Source of the DNA: a virus
Reading direction: 5' to 3' (one strand)
IMG/VR virus record: IMGVR_UViG_3300029319_000002
Span: 64,001 to 128,000 of that record
Length of the DNA: 64,000 nucleotides
In this document: piece after piece, positions 49,217-57,715 of the stretch
How the letters are laid out: each line of letters opens with the position of its first letter
How positions within the stretch are numbered: the first letter of the stretch is position 1
The notes under the pieces: model-generated
What the model was told of the DNA's origin: nothing
Seen by the model: the letters and a program-made list of their open reading frames with translations, nothing else
Databases searched by the model: none
Program-made: the position numbers and the translations under genes

Positions 49217-49226
49217 ATACACAATT

Positions 49227-49234
49227 TATAAATA
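49227..49234 (+). promoter_or_regulatory. Late promoter TATAAATA ahead of the duplicated g21 start
   Basis: Exact consensus. Confidence 0.65.
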
Positions 49235-49259
49235 ACAAATAAAGGACCAAGTTTTTAAC

Positions 49260-49295
49260 ATGAAACTTATCACAGAAGAAATCGAATCAGTTTAA
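49260..49295 (+). pseudogene. Truncated duplicate of the g21 5' end (MKLITEEIESV*)
   Basis: 49260-49291 is identical over 32 nt to 49646-49677. Confidence 0.85.
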
Positions 49296-49308
49296 GAAAA
49301 ATATAATT

Positions 49309-49617
49309 ATGCCAGGACCATTTTTTAGATTTACAGATGAAGCAGAATGGTTAAATGCTGCTCGTGCTGCTGGTTTTATGATTACTGTTACCGATGGAGA
49401 AGGTAACGAAACTGAACAACTACAAGCATATACAGCAAATTATGCTATTGATGTTATTGGAATAATCTGTGAAGGTGGTGAATGGGATGATGAAGGTAAC
49501 GTAACTGTAGAACCAACAACATTGAGTGGATGGCATGTTAATTATCTTGGAGACCTTCCAACAGGATGGGAATCTTATGAAGTTACACCAGCAACTCCTC
49601 ATAGAGTGTTCGCATAA
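49309..49617 (+). CDS. Acidic hypothetical protein resembling small fibre-associated companion proteins (…GWHVNY.G.LP.GW..Y.V.P..P.RVFA)
   Basis: 102-aa ORF lying between the two g21 5' copies. Confidence 0.6.
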   Translation: MPGPFFRFTDEAEWLNAARAAGFMITVTDGEGNETEQLQAYTANYAIDVIGIICEGGEWDDEGNVTVEPTTLSGWHVNYLGDLPTGWESYEVTPATPHRVFA

Positions 49618-49645
49618 CTAAATACTTATTAAAAGTGTAGATAAA

Positions 49646-50296
49646 ATGAAACTTATCACAGAAGAAATCGAATCAGTAGAATTTATCGTTGAAGAACGCA
49701 ACGGTAAGAAGTCAATGTTTATTGAGGGTATTTTCCTTCAAGGTGATATTGCAAACCGCAACAGAAGAATGTATCCTATGGATACTCTTCGCAAGGAAGT
49801 TGCGAGATATGATGAAAATTTCGTTCAAAAAGGTCGTGCTTTAGGTGAACTCGGACATCCCGAAGGTCCTACAGTAAACCTAGATCGTGTTTCTCATAAA
49901 ATTGTTTCCCTTAAAGAAAGTGGAAGCAACTTTGTCGGAAAGGCAAAACTTCTTGATACACCTATGGGCAATATTGCTAAATCACTAATCGGTGAAGGTG
50001 TAAAATTAGGAGTTTCTTCCAGAGGAATGGGATCACTAAGAGCAACAAAAGAAGGTATCAATGTGGTTGAAAGTGACTTCATGCTTGCAACTGCTGCTGA
50101 TATTGTTGCCGATCCTTCCGCTCCAGATGCTTTCGTCGATGGTATTATGGAAGGTAAGGATTGGGTGATGGAAGGTGGTATTATTCGTGAAAAATTAGTC
50201 GAAAAGACTTATAAAGAGATTAATACCTTAGTTGATGAGAGAAGTTTACAAGAAAATAAGTTAAAACTATTTCAAAACTTCCTCTCAAATCTATAA
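49646..50296 (+). CDS. g21: Prohead core protease gp21
   Basis: GELGHPEGP and GVSSRGMGSL catalytic motifs; DIVADPSAPDAFV. Confidence 0.96.
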   Translation: MKLITEEIESVEFIVEERNGKKSMFIEGIFLQGDIANRNRRMYPMDTLRKEVARYDENFVQKGRALGELGHPEGPTVNLDRVSHKIVSLKESGSNFVGKAKLLDTPMGNIAKSLIGEGVKLGVSSRGMGSLRATKEGINVVESDFMLATAADIVADPSAPDAFVDGIMEGKDWVMEGGIIREKLVEKTYKEINTLVDERSLQENKLKLFQNFLSNL

Positions 50297-50299
50297 TAA

Positions 50300-50307
50300 T
50301 ATAAATA
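50300..50307 (+). promoter_or_regulatory. Late promoter TATAAATA for g22/g23
   Basis: Exact consensus. Confidence 0.7.
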
Positions 50308-50348
50308 AATTTAGAAAAACTTAGTCGAGAACACACTCGGAGCAAGAA

Positions 50349-51404
50349 ATGTCTATTGGAAACTCTTTACAAGAAATGGAAAACGCAGTTACTAAAAATG
50401 CTGCCGCAGCTGACCCAATGCAAAGTGTACCTACTTCTGTAGTTGCAGGTCAGTCAATTGAAGATCTTGGTGGTCCTACTCCCGAGAACTATAAAACTGA
50501 TGATGATTCCGCAAAACTAAAAGATCCAGGTTCCACACTTGCAAAAGTTCGTGATGCCGTTAACAAAGGTGCAAAAGCACCCGATCCTATGAAGACTGTT
50601 AACAAAGGTGTTGCCAAAGAAGAGGTTGAAGAAACTTCTGAAGAGGTGGTTGCCGAATCTGAAGTTGAGGAAGAAGTTGTTTCAGTTGATGAGGATATAA
50701 CTGCTTTACTTTCCGGTGAAGAGTTATCTGAAGAATTCCAAGAGAAAGCTAAGTTAATCTTTGAAGCAGCAATTGCTTCTAAAGTTGCTGAATCCGTAAA
50801 ACAAATCGAAGAAAAATATGAGGAGAAACTCGTAGAGGAACTCTCCACATATAAAGAAGAACTCGTAGAAAGAGTTGACTCTTATCTAGAGTACGTCTCC
50901 GAGGAGTGGATTCAGGAAAACAGAATTGAGATCGAAAAAGGTCTCAAGTCTGAAATGACCGAATCATTCCTTGCTGGAATGAGAGGACTTTTTGAAGAAC
51001 ATTATGTATCAATCCCTGAAGATAAGTATGATGTTGTAGAAAATATGGTAGAAAAACTTGATGAAATGGAGTCCAGACTCAATGAGCAGATTGAGAAGAA
51101 CATTACTCTAAATCAGAGACTTGGTGAGTCCGTCGCAGATAACATCCTTGCTGATGTTTGCGAAGGTCTTGCTGTTTCTCAGAAAGAGAAAATGGCTTCC
51201 CTAGCTGAAGGTGTTGAGTTTGAAAGTGAAGAAAAGTACCGTGAAAGTTTAAAGACTCTCAAGGAATCATATTTCCCTGCTAAGTCTACTACTGAGGAAA
51301 CTGAAACTCCTCAAATGGTTTCTGAGGAAGCATCCTCTGAAGCTCCTGCTGGATCTTCAATGAATGCATATCTCAAAGCACTTCAATTCACCACTAAAAA
51401 TTAA
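50349..51404 (+). CDS. g22: Prohead core scaffold gp22
   Basis: GGPTPENY, acidic coiled coil, EELSEEFQEKAKLIFEAA and YLEYVSEEW. Confidence 0.94.
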   Translation: MSIGNSLQEMENAVTKNAAAADPMQSVPTSVVAGQSIEDLGGPTPENYKTDDDSAKLKDPGSTLAKVRDAVNKGAKAPDPMKTVNKGVAKEEVEETSEEVVAESEVEEEVVSVDEDITALLSGEELSEEFQEKAKLIFEAAIASKVAESVKQIEEKYEEKLVEELSTYKEELVERVDSYLEYVSEEWIQENRIEIEKGLKSEMTESFLAGMRGLFEEHYVSIPEDKYDVVENMVEKLDEMESRLNEQIEKNITLNQRLGESVADNILADVCEGLAVSQKEKMASLAEGVEFESEEKYRESLKTLKESYFPAKSTTEETETPQMVSEEASSEAPAGSSMNAYLKALQFTTKN

Positions 51405-51416
51405 TTTCCTAAGCAA

Positions 51417-52796
51417 ATGCAAGATTCACACATGCTAACGGAAAAGTGGGCTCCCCTTCTTGATTATCAAGGTGCGGAAGCTATCACCGATCCCCACAGA
51501 CGTGCAGTTACTGCACAACTACTAGAGAACCAAGAAAAGTTCCAACAAGAAAGCCGTGCTTTCCAGGAAGGTGGTTCAATGCTTTCTGAAGCACCCACCA
51601 ATGTAACTGGTTCTTCAATCGATAATTTCGATCCCGTCTTGATCTCCTTGATCAGACGTTCTATGCCCAACCTCATTGCATATGATGTTGCCGGTGTCCA
51701 ACCTATGAATGGACCTACTGGACTCATCTTTGCGATGCGTGCTCGTTTCAACAGCCAGACTGGTTCTGAAGCACTATTCAACGAAGCAGATTCCGCATTC
51801 TCTGCTCAGGACTCCGGATTTGATGTTACTTCTGGTGACTATACCGGTGGTACTGATGGTGATGCTTCTGTTGGTTTCGGTACAACTGCTCAAACTGGTT
51901 CAAACCCCTCCGTTCTAGGTGCTGCTGGTGGATCTGGCACTTCCTACAACGTTGGTCAGGGTATGAGCACAGCAGATGCTGAAGCTCTAGGAGATACTGG
52001 AGACCTCTTCAACGAGATGGCCTTCAGCATCGAGAAGGTTACTGTAACTGCTAAGTCCAGAGCCCTCAAAGCTGAGTACTCCTTAGAACTAGCACAAGAC
52101 CTCAAGGCAATCCACGGTCTAAGTGCTGAGTCTGAGCTCTCCAACATCCTCTCCTCTGAGATTCTTTCTGAAATCAACAGAGAAGTCGTTCGTACAATCT
52201 ACAAGGTTGCACGTCCTGGTGCTCAGGCAAATGTCTCCACTGCTGGTCAGTTTGACCTAGACATCGACAGCAACGGTCGTTGGAGTGTTGAGAAGTTTAA
52301 GGGTCTACTCTTCCAAATCGAAAGAGATGCAAACGCAATCGCACAAGAGACTCGTAGAGGAAAGGGCAATATCATCATCACTTCTGCTGATGTTGCTTCT
52401 GCTCTAACCATGGCTGGTGTTCTCGACTACACCCCTGCCCTCAATGCTAACCTACAGGTTGATGCTACTGGCAACCTATTTGCTGGTACAATCAACGGTA
52501 AGTACAAGGTATACATCGATCCCTTCGGTTCTGCCGCAGGTGATGCTAACCAGTACTACGTTGTTGGTTACAAGGGTACTAGCCCCTATGATGCTGGTCT
52601 CTTCTATTGCCCCTACGTTCCCCTCCAGATGGTTCGTGCCGTTGGAGAGAACTCCTTCCAGCCCAAGATTGGCTTCAAGACTCGTTACGGTATGGTTGCT
52701 AACCCCTTCGCAGAAGGAACAACAGCTGCCCTCGGTGCTATCAAGGCTAACACCAACCGTTACTACAGACGTGCAATCGTCAAGAACCTCATGTGA
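51417..52796 (+). CDS. g23: Major capsid protein gp23
   Basis: FDPVLISLIRRSMPNL, GVQPM.GPTGLIFAMR, KSRALKAEYSLELAQDLKAIHG and FQPKIGFKTRYG. Confidence 0.98.
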   Translation: MQDSHMLTEKWAPLLDYQGAEAITDPHRRAVTAQLLENQEKFQQESRAFQEGGSMLSEAPTNVTGSSIDNFDPVLISLIRRSMPNLIAYDVAGVQPMNGPTGLIFAMRARFNSQTGSEALFNEADSAFSAQDSGFDVTSGDYTGGTDGDASVGFGTTAQTGSNPSVLGAAGGSGTSYNVGQGMSTADAEALGDTGDLFNEMAFSIEKVTVTAKSRALKAEYSLELAQDLKAIHGLSAESELSNILSSEILSEINREVVRTIYKVARPGAQANVSTAGQFDLDIDSNGRWSVEKFKGLLFQIERDANAIAQETRRGKGNIIITSADVASALTMAGVLDYTPALNANLQVDATGNLFAGTINGKYKVYIDPFGSAAGDANQYYVVGYKGTSPYDAGLFYCPYVPLQMVRAVGENSFQPKIGFKTRYGMVANPFAEGTTAALGAIKANTNRYYRRAIVKNLM

Positions 52797-52881
52797 TTTA
52801 AGTGGTTGCTGCGGAAGCGGTTGCCCCACATGTCCTTACAGACCTCCCTCACGGGGGGTCTTTTTTTATGCAAATAAATAA
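52771..52881 (+). CDS. Candidate Cys-rich peptide / alternative gp23 C-terminus (…SCDLSGCCGSGCPTCPYRPPSRGVFFYANK)
   Basis: The +1 frame across the g23 stop encodes CCGSGCPTCPY; the nearest possible start is GTG 52771. Confidence 0.5.
   Translation: MQSSRTSCDLSGCCGSGCPTCPYRPPSRGVFFYANK
52841..52867 (+). terminator. Rho-independent terminator after g23
   Basis: GACCTCCC-TCAC-GGGGGGTC followed by T7. Confidence 0.9.
52874..52880 (+). promoter_or_regulatory. Late promoter ATAAATA for g3
   Basis: Consensus just after the terminator. Confidence 0.6.
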
Positions 52882-52901
52882 TACGATGAATACTGTCTGA
52901 A

Positions 52902-53408
52902 ATGCCCACAATAACCGACAATAAAAATTTATTATCACCTATTGGGTTTAAGTTTATCTTGGCACATTCACCAAATGTTGACTTTTTCTCAAACTCTGTT
53001 AATATACCAACAATAGATCTAGGAACTGCAATTCAACCAACATATCTAAAAGATATTGAAGTTCCTGGTGACAAGTTGCAATATAGTGATTTGGTAATTC
53101 AATTTTTGGTAGATGAAGATATGAAAAATTATCTTGAAATCTACAAGTGGTTAATGGCATTAGGATACCCTGGTACTATCAATCAAACATACGACAAATA
53201 TAATAGAACTTATGGAGATGCAACTCTTCAAATTTTAAGTAGTAATTTCCAAGTTAACGGTCAAATAAATTTTGAAGATTTGTTTCCAGTTTCTTTATCC
53301 GGATTACAATTTGATGCAACTTCAGGTGATGTTCAATACTTGACAGCAGAGGCAGTTTTCAAGTATAAGATATTTACAGTAACTGACAACAAGAAAGAAA
53401 CTTATTGA
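52902..53408 (+). CDS. g3: Tail completion / tube terminator gp3
   Basis: NLLSPIGFKF, VPGDKLQYSDL.I.FLVDEDM.NY and FEDLFPVSLSGLQFDAT. Confidence 0.9.
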   Translation: MPTITDNKNLLSPIGFKFILAHSPNVDFFSNSVNIPTIDLGTAIQPTYLKDIEVPGDKLQYSDLVIQFLVDEDMKNYLEIYKWLMALGYPGTINQTYDKYNRTYGDATLQILSSNFQVNGQINFEDLFPVSLSGLQFDATSGDVQYLTAEAVFKYKIFTVTDNKKETY

Positions 53409-53839
53409 TGATTAATCTTGATGAAATTCAGGATATGTGGAGAAGAGATTCTAAACTAGATCCTGATAACTTACATTTAGAATCTTTAAAGATTCCTGGA
53501 CTACATTCAAAATATTATGATCTTTACAATCAACTCAAACTTTTAAGAGTTAAAGCAGAGGCAGAATTTGCCGAAGTAAAACTAGAAAGACATCGTTACT
53601 ATACTGGCAAGGCACCACAAGAAACTTATGTTGCTGAACCATTTCCATATAAAGTAAGAGACAAAGAATCTCTAAAACAATATCTTGATGCAGATCCAAA
53701 AATGCAAGAAAAGCATCTTAAGATAAAGTATTATGAGATTATGCTTTCTTTTCTTGAAGAGATTATCAAAACAATTTCTAATAGAACTTACCAAATTAAA
53801 AATGCAATTGAATGGCAAAGATTCATTGCAGGACAGTAA
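53405..53839 (+). CDS. uvsY: Recombination mediator UvsY
   Basis: SLKIPGLHSKYY, YYTGKA and RTYQIKNAIEWQRFIAG. Confidence 0.92.
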   Translation: MMINLDEIQDMWRRDSKLDPDNLHLESLKIPGLHSKYYDLYNQLKLLRVKAEAEFAEVKLERHRYYTGKAPQETYVAEPFPYKVRDKESLKQYLDADPKMQEKHLKIKYYEIMLSFLEEIIKTISNRTYQIKNAIEWQRFIAGQ

Positions 53840-53867
53840 ATAAATACCTGTAGGTGAGATACAGGTT

Positions 53868-55325
53868 ATGACAAATTTGGTAATATCGAAGAAAAACGAA
53901 GTATTCCTACAGGTTGAAGCTGAACCTCACGTTTACTACGAACTTCAAGATCAATTTACTTTTGATGTACCGGGGGCAAAGTTTATGCCTCAATATAGAA
54001 GTAAATATTGGGACGGTAAGATAAGATTATTCAATGTACAGAAGAAAGAAATATATGTGGGATTACTTGACAGAGTAGTCTCATTTTGTCGTAATCATGG
54101 ATATGATTATGAATTTTTAGATAACAAATTCTATGGTCTTCCTTTTGAGCAGAATGAGAATATATCAAGGGAAGGAGTCAAAGATTATATGAACTCAATA
54201 TGCTCTCATACACCAAGAGAGTATCAAATTGATGGTGTTTATGAAGCATTAAAAAATAATAGAAAATTAGTCATATCACCCACAGCATCTGGTAAGTCAT
54301 TGATGATTTATAGTGTTGTTAGATATTTTGTAGAACGACAGAAAGATGTATTAATTGTAGTTCCAACCACGTCTCTTGTGGAGCAGATGTATAAAGACTT
54401 TGAAGATTATGGTTGGGATATTGGATCTTATTGTCATAAAATTTATGGTGGAAAAGAAAAGCAATCAGAATCTCAAGTAATTATCACAACCTGGCAATCA
54501 ATTTATAAGTTACCTAAAAAATACTTTGAGAGATTTGATGTAGTTGTTGGTGACGAAGCACATCAATTTAAATCAAAGTCTCTCGTCAACATCATGACCA
54601 AGTTACACAACGCAAAGTATAGATATGGTTTCACAGGTACTTTAGACGGCACACAGACGCATAAATGGGTGTTAGAGGGGTTGTTTGGACCATCATATAA
54701 GATTATTGCTACTAAGGAACTTATTGAAAAGGGATACCTAGCTCAACTAGATATTAAGGTTCTTCTTCTAAAGCATAATCCAAAGAAATTTGAAACTTAT
54801 GAAGAAGAAGTGCAGGAGATTATTTCAAATACCAAAAGAAACAACTTCATAAAAAATCTAGCATTAGATCTAAAAGGTAATACTCTTATCTTATATACAA
54901 GAGTGGAATCACATGGAATGATTATTCATGATTTGATAAATAATAATTGTGATGATAGTAGAAAAATTTTCTTCATCTATGGTGGTGTAGAAACTGAAGA
55001 AAGAGAAAGGGTTCGTCAAATCATCGAATCTGAAAAGGATGCAATCATTATTGCCTCTTATGGAACCTTCAGTACAGGAATTAATATAAAAAATCTACAT
55101 AACGTTATTTTTGCGAGTCCAAGTAAGTCTAGAGTAAGAAATCTCCAATCTATTGGACGTGTTCTAAGAAAATCAAATAAAAAATCTTCAGCAACTCTTT
55201 ATGATATAGCTGATGATTTTACTCATAATTCTAGAAAAAACTATACATTAAACCATTTGATAGAAAGAGTTAAAACATATATTGAAGAAAACTTCAACTA
55301 CGAAATTGTCCAAATCAAAATTTAA
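53868..55325 (+). CDS. uvsW: SF2 helicase UvsW
   Basis: SPTASGKS, GDEAH, GFTGT and LQSIGRVLR. Confidence 0.95.
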   Translation: MTNLVISKKNEVFLQVEAEPHVYYELQDQFTFDVPGAKFMPQYRSKYWDGKIRLFNVQKKEIYVGLLDRVVSFCRNHGYDYEFLDNKFYGLPFEQNENISREGVKDYMNSICSHTPREYQIDGVYEALKNNRKLVISPTASGKSLMIYSVVRYFVERQKDVLIVVPTTSLVEQMYKDFEDYGWDIGSYCHKIYGGKEKQSESQVIITTWQSIYKLPKKYFERFDVVVGDEAHQFKSKSLVNIMTKLHNAKYRYGFTGTLDGTQTHKWVLEGLFGPSYKIIATKELIEKGYLAQLDIKVLLLKHNPKKFETYEEEVQEIISNTKRNNFIKNLALDLKGNTLILYTRVESHGMIIHDLINNNCDDSRKIFFIYGGVETEERERVRQIIESEKDAIIIASYGTFSTGINIKNLHNVIFASPSKSRVRNLQSIGRVLRKSNKKSSATLYDIADDFTHNSRKNYTLNHLIERVKTYIEENFNYEIVQIKI

Positions 55326-55336
55326 GGAGGAGGATC

Positions 55337-55780
55337 ATGTTAGAAGATACAGAAGAAAATCTTTGTTTTATAAAATTAGTTTCAGGTGAAGAACTAATAG
55401 CAATGACAAGTAAAATAGAGGAAGATGATCTTACGTTAGTAATACTAAATCATCCTTTAGAAATATCAGTTGTTCAACAAAAAGGAAGTAATGTTCCAAA
55501 AGGAATTAAATTTGATCACTGGTTAAAATTTAGTGATGAATTTGTATTTACTTTAAACTTTGATAAAATTATTACTATCAGTAAAGTAAAAAATACAAAT
55601 TTGGCATATATGTATAAGAAATTTGTATCCAAATTTGGATGTAAAGATTTAATTCATGGAACACCAGAATCTTCTAATGAAAGAAAAATGAATAAAAATA
55701 TTGGAATGATAGGGACAGTTGAAGAAACTAGAAAAAAATTAGAAAATATATTTAAATCTAAATCAGTATCTTCTATATAA
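55337..55780 (+). CDS. Conserved Sm-like-fold hypothetical protein between uvsW and g55
   Basis: IKLVSGEELIA start; synteny. Confidence 0.7.
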   Translation: MLEDTEENLCFIKLVSGEELIAMTSKIEEDDLTLVILNHPLEISVVQQKGSNVPKGIKFDHWLKFSDEFVFTLNFDKIITISKVKNTNLAYMYKKFVSKFGCKDLIHGTPESSNERKMNKNIGMIGTVEETRKKLENIFKSKSVSSI

Positions 55781-55802
55781 CTTTCTTAACCCTAGCAGAG
55801 TT

Positions 55803-55862
55803 ATTCTATTGACTATCTTGACATTTGTCAAGCTTGACATATCTAAAATAATTGTTTAAAAT
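55803..55862. promoter_or_regulatory. Back-to-back sigma70 promoters on the palindrome TGTCAAGCTTGACA: minus TTGACA-N17-TAGAAT and plus TTGACA-N17-TAAAAT
   Basis: Minus -35 at 55826-55831 and -10 at 55803-55808; plus -35 at 55834-55839 and -10 at 55857-55862. Confidence 0.75.
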
Positions 55863-55884
55863 AAACATAAGGATAAAAAATAAA

Positions 55885-56409
55885 ATGAGTAAAAATAGTA
55901 ATAAAGAGCATTATGTAAATAATAAAGATTTTTTGCAGGCACTTGTTGAGTATAAGCAAGAAGTTGAAAATTCTTATGTCCGTAAGTTTGGTTCTCTTCC
56001 AGATAAAAAAGAAAGATCTAGATACTGGGAAGGAAAACCAAAAATTCCAAACTATCTTGGGGATTGTTTTTTAAAGATTGCTACTCACTTGTCATATAAA
56101 CCAAATTTTATCAATTACATGTTCCGTGAAGAAATGATTTCTGATGGAATTGAGAACTGTATTCAGTATGTTGATAATTTTGATCCGAAGAAATCTACTA
56201 ATGCTTTCTCATATTTTACTCAGATCATTTACTTTGCATTCTTGAGAAGAATTCAGAAAGAAAAGAGACAATTGGATATTAAGAATAAGATTATGGAAAA
56301 ATCTGGTTACGATGTTGCTTTTGATGTTGACAAAGGCGTCCTTACAGGTTATGATTCAGACTATAACTACATCAAAGAGTCTTTGTACACCAAGGTTAAA
56401 AATAAATGA
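55885..56409 (+). CDS. g55: Late-transcription sigma factor gp55 (start ATG 55885)
   Basis: HYVNNKDF, IATHLSYKPNFINY, MISDGIENC and NAFSYFTQIIYFAFLRRIQKEK. Confidence 0.96.
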   Translation: MSKNSNKEHYVNNKDFLQALVEYKQEVENSYVRKFGSLPDKKERSRYWEGKPKIPNYLGDCFLKIATHLSYKPNFINYMFREEMISDGIENCIQYVDNFDPKKSTNAFSYFTQIIYFAFLRRIQKEKRQLDIKNKIMEKSGYDVAFDVDKGVLTGYDSDYNYIKESLYTKVKNK

Positions 56410-57455
56410 AATGTGGATTTATTACAGATACTCATTACGGTGCTCGAAAAGGATCTCAGATCTTTCATGATTATTTTGAAAAGTTCTACTCTGAAGTATT
56501 TTTTCCAACTCTAGATGAGCAGGGTATTGATACGGTTGTTCATATGGGAGATGTCTTTGACAACCGTAAAAATATTGACTTCTGGTCACTAAACTGGGCA
56601 AAACGTGTAGTATTTGATCCACTTCAAGAAAGAAATATAAAGACGTATCTCATCGTTGGTAATCATGATGCGTACTATAAGAATACTAATGATATCAATT
56701 CCCTACAATCTCTTTTAAGAGAGTATGATAATTTGCATTTGATTTCTAAATGTGAGGAAAAAACACTTGGTGACTTAAAAATTCTTTTTATTCCTTGGAT
56801 TTGCTCTGATAATAAAGAAAATACTTTAAATATGATTCGTTCTACAGATGCAGAGATTGGAGTAGGTCATTTAGAATTGAATGGATTCTTAGCGTATCGT
56901 GGACATACTCAGCAGGGAGCACATATGGAAGCAGATATATTTTCTAAATTCAATAAAGTTTTCAGTGGACATTATCATACCCGTAGTGATGATGGTAAAG
57001 TTTATTATCTTGGAAATCCTTATCAAATTTATTGGAATGATGTAGATGATCCTAGAGGATTTCATATTTTTGATACAGAAACTCTTGAGATGAAACCTGT
57101 GAATAATCCTTTCAAGATGTATCATAAAATATACTATGATGATACGGATATCAACTCTTTTAATTTTGATATCTATGAGAATAAAATTGTGAAGATCATA
57201 GTTAATAAGAGGACTAATCTAAAACAATTTGAAATGTTTATTGATAAACTATATCAGTCAGGTATTCATGAATTGAAAGTCGTTGATATGTTTGATGTTT
57301 CTGATCTTGCCTCTGATGATGAGAACGTAGAAAAATCTGAAGATACTCTTACAATCTTGAATGAATATGTTGATCTTTCCGGTGAGGAATATGATAAATC
57401 AAAAATTAAAAATATGATTCAAGAAATTTATAAAAGTGCCTTTGAAGTAGCATGA
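56406..57455 (+). CDS. g47: Recombination endonuclease gp47 (Mre11/SbcD-like)
   Basis: Metallophosphoesterase motifs DTH, GDVFD, GNHD and SGHYH. Confidence 0.95.
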   Translation: MKCGFITDTHYGARKGSQIFHDYFEKFYSEVFFPTLDEQGIDTVVHMGDVFDNRKNIDFWSLNWAKRVVFDPLQERNIKTYLIVGNHDAYYKNTNDINSLQSLLREYDNLHLISKCEEKTLGDLKILFIPWICSDNKENTLNMIRSTDAEIGVGHLELNGFLAYRGHTQQGAHMEADIFSKFNKVFSGHYHTRSDDGKVYYLGNPYQIYWNDVDDPRGFHIFDTETLEMKPVNNPFKMYHKIYYDDTDINSFNFDIYENKIVKIIVNKRTNLKQFEMFIDKLYQSGIHELKVVDMFDVSDLASDDENVEKSEDTLTILNEYVDLSGEEYDKSKIKNMIQEIYKSAFEVA

Positions 57456-57715
57456 CTTATATCTTATGTCCAGAAGAATATGTAGAAGATGGAGCAGTTT
57501 ACACTGTAACAGGTGAAGATGATTCCGAAATTCTTCTTATATTTGATGAAAAATCTGATGCAGAGAGATATTCTTTATATTTGGAACATTATAATGAACC
57601 TCCATATAAGATAGTTGAAGTTGATAGAGATCTTATAATAGAATTATGTGAGGTTCAAGGATACACGTACTCGATTATTACAAGCAACCACCTAGTTTTA
57701 CCTGTTGATTCATGA
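57452..57715 (+). CDS. Small acidic protein (DUF3110-like) between g47 and g46
   Basis: GAVY.V......LLIF..K.DAERY pattern; synteny. Confidence 0.6.
   Translation: MTYILCPEEYVEDGAVYTVTGEDDSEILLIFDEKSDAERYSLYLEHYNEPPYKIVEVDRDLIIELCEVQGYTYSIITSNHLVLPVDS

Noticed and set aside
52794-52880. In-frame read-through of the g23 TGA
   Set aside because: It gives FKWLLRKRLPHMSLQTSLTGGLFLCK with no motif; the informative sequence is in the +1 frame.
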